Source: Candidatus Iainarchaeum sp. (GTDB taxonomy: Archaea; Iainarchaeota; Iainarchaeia; Iainarchaeales; CSSED10-239). Taken from it: a DNA stretch of 5,156 nucleotides. This document shows positions 1-4,691 of the stretch, in pieces (position 1 is the first letter of the stretch; each line of letters opens with the position of its first letter). Where the stretch lies: the NCBI GenBank assembly GCA_003559395.1, contig PWLL01000071.1, positions 1 through 5,156 on the forward strand, written 5' to 3'. The position numbers and the translations under genes were made by a program. The notes beneath the pieces were generated by a model. The model was not told where the DNA came from, did not search any database, and saw only the letters and a list, made by a program, of their open reading frames with translations.

Positions 1-845
1 ACAATAACCTCAACATGTTTATTAAACTCGTTTTTGATCATCTTTTGAACATCATTACAAACAAAATCTGCATTTCTTGGAGATAGTTTCAATTTTTCAT
101 TTACTGGATCTAAGATGTTTGATCCCAACAACCCATATTCAGAATAAGCCAACTTAGAAGAATCAGAACAAATATCTTGCAAAGTTATAACATTATCATA
201 TCCTTTCTTTTTAACATTATGCAAAGTAGTGTTTCTATAATGAACATTACACACAATAATTCCATCAGGATTTTTATTAACTATAAACTTAGTTGAATTT
301 CCAAGATAAATCTCAACATCACAACCAGCTTCCTTTACAATTTTTTCATAAAAATCTATATAGTCTTTACCAGTTTCTGGGTGAAAAAACCTATTATCTC
401 CAAGATCTTCCAAAGAAATATAATCATCAAAATGCTTTTTTATTTTTTTAAGAATCTTAGGAGTTGTTATTGGGTTTCCTTGCTCATCATTAATAAACTT
501 TAGTTGAATAATTACTTTTCCTTGAGGAATAGTTTTTGCAATCGCTTTTAATATCATAGAAAACCTATTTCTTGAAAGAATAGGATAGATAATGCCTATT
601 GTAGAATTTTTTTCAAGATTTAACTTATACTTGATTTCATGAGAAACATCTTTAAGAGTAACAAAATTATGTTGAGTAATTGCAACAACTGCCTCAGTTA
701 TACAAATAATATCGTTTTCCTTAATTATTTCTGGATTTTTTTTAATAGACTTTTTTACAACTTCAACAATATCGTCATCAAAAGTAATTATTCCTGTCTT
801 AAGCCCAAAAGCAGTAACACCAACAACATCATCTGGAATATTCAT
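1..845 (-). CDS. CofE / F420-0:gamma-glutamyl ligase family-like protein, long form. Only the N-terminal ~281 codons are present; the C-terminus runs off the left edge.
   Basis: This ORF is absent from the supplied track because it has no stop in the window. My hand translation of the minus strand from ATG (845-843) stays open to base 1. It reads MNIPDDVVGVTAFGLKTGIITFDDDIVEVVKKSIKKNPEIIKENDIICITEAVVAITQHNFVTLKDVSHEIKYKLNLEKNSTIGIIYPILSRNRFSMILKAIAKTIPQGKVIIQLKFINDEQGNP...LAYSEYGLLGSNILDPVNEKLKLSPRNADFVCNDVQKMIKNEFNKHVEVIV. Three elements resemble canonical CofE: 'D-I-I-C-I-T-E-A-V-V-A-I-T-Q' resembles 'GDVLVV.SK.VSKAEGR', 'GLLGSN' resembles 'N.AGID.SN', and the following 'L.P.N.D..' plus 'V.VIV' matches the layout. 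There is a large insertion between the motifs. A strong SD, AGGTGA (rc of 852-857), lies 6 nt upstream of the ATG. Confidence 0.55.
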   Translation of the reverse strand, partial: MNIPDDVVGVTAFGLKTGIITFDDDIVEVVKKSIKKNPEIIKENDIICITEAVVAITQHNFVTLKDVSHEIKYKLNLEKNSTIGIIYPILSRNRFSMILKAIAKTIPQGKVIIQLKFINDEQGNPITTPKILKKIKKHFDDYISLEDLGDNRFFHPETGKDYIDFYEKIVKEAGCDVEIYLGNSTKFIVNKNPDGIIVCNVHYRNTTLHNVKKKGYDNVITLQDICSDSSKLAYSEYGLLGSNILDPVNEKLKLSPRNADFVCNDVQKMIKNEFNKHVEVI

Positions 846-950
846 ATAATTTCACCTTATTAATTTACACCATATAAAATGATAGCCCAAATGTATTAAA
901 AAAGAATAGGTTTTTTTTATAAGTTTGAGATAAAAAATAAAAACAACAAC

Positions 951-987
951 ATATATTTAAAAACATTTAGATGTTTTATATTTATAG
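951..987 (+). promoter_or_regulatory. Candidate archaeal promoter for the zinc-ribbon gene: TATA-like elements plus a 7-bp inverted repeat
   Basis: ATATATTTAAAAA lies at 951-963, and TTTTATATTTATAG (974-987) matches the TTTAWATA-type archaeal TATA consensus. A perfect inverted repeat AAAACAT-ttag-ATGTTTT (960-977) sits between and over them. SD GAGGT at 1016-1020 lies 8 nt before ATG 1029. The region is extremely AT-rich, so such matches are weak evidence. Confidence 0.3.
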
Positions 988-1028
988 ATGAAAAAACTTG
1001 TGGAAAAAGGTAATAGAGGTAGAAAAAA

Positions 1029-1298
1029 ATGTTATATAAATACTGTCCTAATTGTGCATCATTGAGAATATCATCAACAAATGGTGGAAAAGAATATACA
1101 TGTTCTACATGTTCTTATCAAGGAGAAATAAAAGAAGACACTATAGACGTAATTAACAAACAAAAACAAAACCTAGTAAACAAAAACATAGAAACAACAA
1201 CCAATCCCCTAAAAGAAAAGATAGAAGAAAAACCAGACATGAAAGACAAAATAAAAAAGATTTCAGAAAAAACATCAGATGACTGGGAACTACTATAA
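1029..1298 (+). CDS. Small zinc-ribbon protein (CPNC...CSTC) with a Lys/Glu-rich low-complexity tail and a C-terminal DDWELL; function unknown
   Basis: An 89-aa ORF from the track. The N-terminal CxxC-x16-CxxC (YCPNCASL...YTCSTCSY) is a classic 4-Cys zinc ribbon. The rest (KQKQNLVNKNIETTTNPLKEKIEEKPDMKDKIKKISEKTSDDWELL) looks disordered. There is a good GAGGT SD 8 nt upstream and a candidate TATA upstream. Confidence 0.7.
   Translation: MLYKYCPNCASLRISSTNGGKEYTCSTCSYQGEIKEDTIDVINKQKQNLVNKNIETTTNPLKEKIEEKPDMKDKIKKISEKTSDDWELL
1253..1272 (-). terminator. Two T6 tracts on the minus strand: candidate terminator for the ferredoxin/endonuclease IV transcript
   Basis: A6 runs on the plus strand at 1253-1258 and 1267-1272 read as T6 on the minus strand. 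They sit 21-40 nt past the minus-strand TAG stop (1295-1293), inside the 3' end of the zinc-ribbon CDS. Confidence 0.25.
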
Positions 1299-2180
1299 GT
1301 CCTCGTATGTTTTTTTTAATAATAGAGCATCCTGTTCAATAATAGGACTCTCACAAATAATTGTACCTGTTGCTTTAAGATCTTTAAGACTTGTTAATAT
1401 CTCTTTATATGGCATGTCTGAATCTTCTAACATCAAATGATTTCGTTCACCTTTTTCTGTATATTTGATGCCAGAAAGATGGCAATGCATGTTTTTAAGA
1501 AGTTCAGGATAGCTTTTAAGTTTTTCAAAAAAATCATCTCTGTTTTTTTTAGATAAAAGAAAACCGTTATATCTTGCATGAAGATGAGAAAAATCAAACA
1601 CAGGTTTTACAAAATCTGTCTTTAATCTTTTATAAAAAAAAAGAAGATCATCAAAAGAACCAACCTGAGACTGCTTGCCAGTAAGCTCAAGACCAAGAGA
1701 AATCTCAGAAGACCTTTGTTTGTTAAAAAGATCAACTACTTGTAAAAGATTACTGTGTGTTCTTTCAAGAACCTCTTCTCTGTTCTGAGACATGAAATAG
1801 GCTGGATGAAAGACAACTACTTTGGCGTTTAGTTTTTGTCCAACAAATAGTGAGTCGTAAATATATCTTATACTATTTCTGACCTTATGCTCTTCTAAAG
1901 AATTTAAGTTTATAAAATAAGGAGCATGTATACTTAAGGAAACATTATGATTGTTTGCTGTTTCTTTTATGTTGTTTATTACTTCGTCTTTTGATCTTTT
2001 AAGATAAACACTTTTAACAAACTCTATCTCTAAAGCATCAAGACCTAACCTAGAAACTTCATTTATTCCATCAACTGTACCAGAAGATGTTTTGTTTCTT
2101 ATTGTTGATGATGGAATTCCTGCTGTTCCAAAATTAAGTTTGTTTTTATCAAACATGTTTATTCTGTAATCGTTATACAT
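1293..2180 (-). CDS. nfo: Endonuclease IV (Nfo)-like AP endonuclease family 2 TIM-barrel metalloenzyme
   Basis: A 295-aa ORF. The candidate metal-ligand series has Nfo-like spacing of roughly 40/40/32/3/34/15/30 residues: SIHAPYF, VVVFHPA, LGLELTG, VFDFSHLHA, MHCHLSG, GERNHLML, IICESP. The N-terminal LNFGTAGIP is typical of archaeal Endo IV-like proteins. The start is ambiguous. ATG 2180 overlaps the ferredoxin gene by 22 nt, whereas the internal ATG at 2156 (MFDKNKLNFGTAG) lies 2 nt after the ferredoxin stop (2161-2159). Neither start has a clear SD. Confidence 0.8.
   Translation of the reverse strand: MYNDYRINMFDKNKLNFGTAGIPSSTIRNKTSSGTVDGINEVSRLGLDALEIEFVKSVYLKRSKDEVINNIKETANNHNVSLSIHAPYFINLNSLEEHKVRNSIRYIYDSLFVGQKLNAKVVVFHPAYFMSQNREEVLERTHSNLLQVVDLFNKQRSSEISLGLELTGKQSQVGSFDDLLFFYKRLKTDFVKPVFDFSHLHARYNGFLLSKKNRDDFFEKLKSYPELLKNMHCHLSGIKYTEKGERNHLMLEDSDMPYKEILTSLKDLKATGTIICESPIIEQDALLLKKTYEDL
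1310..1317 (+). terminator. Oligo-T (T8) tract: candidate archaeal intrinsic terminator for the zinc-ribbon gene
   Basis: T8 at 1310-1317, 12 nt after the TAA stop (1296-1298). It lies inside the 3' end of the convergent endonuclease IV gene, where it encodes the KK of ...LLKKTYEDL. Archaeal RNA polymerase terminates at oligo-T runs. Confidence 0.35.
2123..2141. repeat. Direct repeat copy A (CTGTTCC-AAAATTAAGTTT), inside the 5' end of the endonuclease IV CDS
   Basis: CTGTTCC (2123-2129) plus AAAATTAAGTTT (2130-2141) recurs at 2351-2372 with a 3-nt TCC insertion. Both copies are followed by a T-rich ..TTTTAT. On the sense (minus) strand copy A reads AAACTTAATTTTGGAACAG and encodes K-L-N-F-G-T. 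Confidence 0.5.
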
Positions 2181-2347
2181 TTAACAGGACAAACATCTGC
2201 GGCCTTTTGATTACAACCAATATCTTCTACAGTTATGTTGATTGGTTCTGCCTTTGGCCCATCCATCTTCCAGTTTTGAGCACAAACAGTAACACATCCT
2301 CCACACCCAACACAAAGATCCTTGTTCTGTTTTATTTTATACGACAT
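2159..2347 (-). CDS. fdx: Single-cluster [4Fe-4S]/[3Fe-4S] ferredoxin, Pyrococcus/Thermotoga type (62 aa)
   Basis: MSYKIKQNKDLCVGCGGCVTVCAQNWKMDGPKAEPINITVEDIGCNQKAADVCPVKCITITE. The pattern CxxCxxCxxxC ... C-x7-CP has the same spacing as P. furiosus ferredoxin as I recall it (CIGDAICASLCP ... C-x7-CPVSAITIEE), and the tail CPVKCITITE is similar. The track starts this ORF at TTG 2362, but that TTG is part of TTGGAGG. GGAGG (rc of 2357-2361) is a strong SD 8 nt before ATG 2347, so I start the gene at 2347. Confidence 0.85.
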   Translation of the reverse strand: MSYKIKQNKDLCVGCGGCVTVCAQNWKMDGPKAEPINITVEDIGCNQKAADVCPVKCITITE

Positions 2348-2350
2348 CTT

Positions 2351-2372
2351 CTGTTCCTCCAAAATTAAGTTT
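2351..2372. repeat. Direct repeat copy B (CTGTTCC-tcc-AAAATTAAGTTT), spanning the ferredoxin SD and 5' leader
   Basis: See copy A. On the sense (minus) strand copy B reads AAACTTAATTTTGGAGGAACAG, so it contains the ferredoxin Shine-Dalgarno sequence. Confidence 0.5.
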
Positions 2373-2390
2373 TTTTATAAAAATCTATTG

Positions 2391-2399
2391 TTTTTATAG
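2391..2399 (-). promoter_or_regulatory. Candidate TATA box for the ferredoxin-endonuclease IV operon
   Basis: The minus strand reads TCTATAAAAA about 30 nt upstream of the GGAGG SD. A second TATA-like TTTATAAAAAAA lies at about 2371-2384. The intergenic region is AT-rich, so specificity is low. Confidence 0.25.
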
Positions 2400-2472
2400 A
2401 AACTTATAAAAATAATAAGAACAAACAACTATTTAAACATTTCCTATATATATATTTTTAAAAATGACGAAA

Positions 2473-2485
2473 ATATATTTAAAAA
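2473..2485 (+). promoter_or_regulatory. Candidate TATA box for the platform/pilin operon; the transcript may be leaderless
   Basis: ATATATTTAAAAA (2473-2485) is identical to the 13-mer at 951-963 and is preceded by a purine-rich GACGAAA, which is BRE-like. The TATA centre is about 22 nt upstream of ATG 2499, and no SD is visible between them. That would fit a leaderless or near-leaderless mRNA. Confidence 0.3.
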
Positions 2486-2498
2486 AAGTGTAAAAACT

Positions 2499-4679
2499 AT
2501 GGTTGATAAGAAATATACATCAAAACACAAACCAGGAGACATCTATAAATCCATATCAGTTGATGCTAGAGATTTTTCAAAAGACTCAGAAAAATTGTTT
2601 CAGAAAAAAAATCACCCCTATGTTTCTTTTTCAAAAAAAATATATAATAAATTTCCAGGACTTGGAACAAATGCAAAATACTCAAGCAACTTTGAGAAAG
2701 CAGTAGACTTTCTTAACTGGGATCTTTCTGCAGAAGAATATACTGCGGCCAACAAGTTTGTTTTTATTGCAAGTGTCTTTTTAGCAATTATTTTAATATT
2801 TTTGTTTAATATTTTGTTTTTTTCTTTATTAACAGAACTTTTTGGAAACGAATACATGTCTTTTGTTTTGTGTTATGGATCTCCTGTTGTCTTAGTTTTG
2901 TATCTAATTATTACTTTTAAAAACTATCCACTTACAAAAGTTGAAGACGAAAAAATAAGAGCACTTACTTTTGTTCCAGAAATTCTAGGATATCTTATAA
3001 TGTCAATGAAACTTGTGCCAAACCTTGAAAGAGCAATAGAATTTGCAGCAGATCATGGACACGGAAAAATAGCAGACGATCTTAAAAAGTTGTTATGGGA
3101 AGTAAAAGTTGGAATAAAAAATAGCGTTGCAGAATCTATAGACGAATTAGCATACAAATGGGGAGACGTTTCTGTTGAACTTAAAAAAGGACTTATGAAA
3201 ATAAGAGCAAGCGTTATAGAAACATCAGATGCAAAAAGATTTCAGCTGTTAGATCAAACCATGTCTGAAACTTTAGTTTCAATAAAAACAAAACTAGAAG
3301 ACTATGCAAGAACTTTAAGCCAACCAACTATGATTATGTTCTATCTAGGTGTTTTGTTGCCTTTACTTTTGATAATTATTTTGCCTGTTGGTTCTGCTTT
3401 TTCTGGTTCTACTCTAGCAAGAGGCACCTATTTAGTTTTGATATACAACATTGCTTTGCCTATCACCACTGTTTTATTTGCAAGATCAGTAATAAAAAAA
3501 AGACCACCAACCTATAGCTCTCCAAAAATTCCAAACGAGCATCCAGATCTTCCACCAAAAAATCATCTTAGATATAAGAATTTAAAAATAAATGTTTTTA
3601 TTGTTATTGCTGCTTTTCTTGTGTTAGGAAGTATTTTTAGTATATATCTACAAACAAACTTTGGAAAAACACAAGAAAATGTACTAATAGAAGCTGGATT
3701 TGATCCAGACAATCCAGAATTTAGAGACGCAGAACATGAAGAATCTTTTTGGGCAAATCCTGAAAATGATGTGACGCCTCATTTTCTTATTTTTGGAATA
3801 TTAATAATGTTTTCTTTTAGTATCTCTCTTTGGTGTTATGCCACAAGCATCTACAAAAGAAAAATTCAAATAAAAACAGAAAAAATGGAAGGAGAATTTA
3901 AAGACGCACTATATGTTATTGCAAGTAGATTAGGAGAAAACAAACCAATAGAAGACGCACTTGGACATACAAGAGACTTTCTTCCAAGATCCTTGATTGC
4001 ACAAGATATCTTTGGAAAAACTATAGAAAACATTAAGATATTAGGACTTAATCTACAATCAGCCCTGTTTGATAAAAACTACGGAGCCTTAAAAAATAAT
4101 CCGTCAACAATCATTAACAGCGCTATGCAACTACTTGTAGACTCTGTTCAGTTGGGAGTTGGTGTTGCTGCAAAAACTTTGATGTCCTATTCTTTACAAC
4201 TAAGAAACACTGACGAAGTAAACAAAATGTTGTCAACCTTAATAAAAGATATAACTTCTACTTTGTCTAGTATGGCTAAATTTATTGCACCTATTATCTT
4301 AGGAATAACAACAGCTTTACAAAAAATTGTTGTATCCACTTTAATCTCTATTTCCGAAAGTGGAACCTTGCAAGAAATGGAACAAACAATGCAGTCAATA
4401 TCTACTGCAGGCGTCGGAATGGAAGGAGTAGATATGGCAGGAGCCATGTCTGGTATGGCAACCATAGATACAGAAATAATTGCAACTATCGCAAGCCCTA
4501 CAACTTTTACTATAATTGTTGCGATCTATGTTATTCAGATAGTCTTAATAATGACTTATTTTACAACAATGATAGAACAAGACAACATGGTTTTAGTAAA
4601 ACTAAGAATTGCAAAAACTTTACCAGTATCAATTGTGTTGTTTATTGTGACAATGTTGTTGTCTAATATGATATTTTAA
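2499..4679 (+). CDS. Type IV pilus / archaellum-type polytopic platform protein (FlaJ/TadC/PilC family, two T2SS-F-like domains), unusually long at 726 aa
   Basis: There are about nine hydrophobic TM segments. Two soluble helical segments have the T2SS-F layout and each is followed by a TM pair. Domain 1 (aa ~150-275) is RALTFVPEILGYLIMSMKLVPNLERAIEFAADHGHGKIADDLKKLLWEVKVGIKNSVAESIDELAYKWG...LEDYARTLSQPTMIMFYLGVLLP. Domain 2 (aa ~455-600) is FKDALYVIASRLGENKPIEDALGHTRDFLPRSLIAQDIFGKTIENIKILGLNLQSALFD...LSSMAKFIAPIILGITTAL. The gene lies directly upstream of a class III signal peptide protein. Confidence 0.75.
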   Translation: MVDKKYTSKHKPGDIYKSISVDARDFSKDSEKLFQKKNHPYVSFSKKIYNKFPGLGTNAKYSSNFEKAVDFLNWDLSAEEYTAANKFVFIASVFLAIILIFLFNILFFSLLTELFGNEYMSFVLCYGSPVVLVLYLIITFKNYPLTKVEDEKIRALTFVPEILGYLIMSMKLVPNLERAIEFAADHGHGKIADDLKKLLWEVKVGIKNSVAESIDELAYKWGDVSVELKKGLMKIRASVIETSDAKRFQLLDQTMSETLVSIKTKLEDYARTLSQPTMIMFYLGVLLPLLLIIILPVGSAFSGSTLARGTYLVLIYNIALPITTVLFARSVIKKRPPTYSSPKIPNEHPDLPPKNHLRYKNLKINVFIVIAAFLVLGSIFSIYLQTNFGKTQENVLIEAGFDPDNPEFRDAEHEESFWANPENDVTPHFLIFGILIMFSFSISLWCYATSIYKRKIQIKTEKMEGEFKDALYVIASRLGENKPIEDALGHTRDFLPRSLIAQDIFGKTIENIKILGLNLQSALFDKNYGALKNNPSTIINSAMQLLVDSVQLGVGVAAKTLMSYSLQLRNTDEVNKMLSTLIKDITSTLSSMAKFIAPIILGITTALQKIVVSTLISISESGTLQEMEQTMQSISTAGVGMEGVDMAGAMSGMATIDTEIIATIASPTTFTIIVAIYVIQIVLIMTYFTTMIEQDNMVLVKLRIAKTLPVSIVLFIVTMLLSNMIF

Positions 4680-4691
4680 AAAAGAAAAAAT

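Noticed and set aside
639-863. Track ORF of 74 aa on the plus strand
   Set aside because: It lies entirely antisense to the well-supported CofE-like ORF (open from 845 to 1, strong AGGTGA SD). Its translation is Asn/Ile/Phe-rich low complexity typical of an AT-rich antisense frame, and it has no SD.
864-1028. Possible small RNA or tRNA in the 165-nt intergenic spacer, and likewise in 2363-2498
   Set aside because: Both spacers are almost pure A/T. They have no G/C-rich stems, no tRNA-like cloverleaf arms and no conserved boxes. They are better explained as divergent or adjacent promoter regions.
1257-1298. C-terminal DDWELL of the zinc-ribbon protein as a PCNA-interacting PIP box, tempting because the convergent neighbour is a repair nuclease
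   Set aside because: The canonical PIP pattern Q-x-x-[ILM]-x-x-[FYW]-[FYWL] cannot be aligned: there is no Gln, and no hydrophobic residue at position 4. I kept it only as a generic candidate docking peptide.
1293-2180. The TIM-barrel ORF as a sugar-phosphate isomerase/epimerase rather than Endo IV
   Set aside because: This is not fully excluded, because it is the same superfamily. However, the His/His/Glu/Asp-His/His/x-His/Glu series with Nfo-like spacing and the FGTAGIP N-terminus favour the endonuclease IV subgroup.
2348-2362. TTG start at 2362 giving a 67-aa ferredoxin (MEEQKM...)
   Set aside because: The TTG is part of TTGGAGG, and GGAGG sits at an ideal SD distance (8 nt) from ATG 2347. 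The 62-aa form also matches the length of Pyrococcus-type ferredoxins.
2503-2706. Track ORF of 67 aa (+1 frame, TTG start) inside the 5' end of the platform gene
   Set aside because: It is fully nested in the 726-aa ORF in another frame. It begins at a non-ATG codon 4 nt after the real ATG and has no recognisable motifs. It looks like a by-product of low stop-codon density in this stretch.
2618-2857. Track ORF of 79 aa on the minus strand
   Set aside because: It is antisense to the platform gene, has no SD or promoter, and its content is low-complexity and Lys-rich. It is spurious.
4187-4465. Track ORF of 92 aa on the minus strand, antisense to the platform C-terminal region
   Set aside because: The sense frame encodes the conserved end of T2SS-F domain 2 and TM segments. 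The antisense ORF stays open mainly because the Met/Gly/Ala-rich sense codons avoid antisense stops. It has no start context or motifs.
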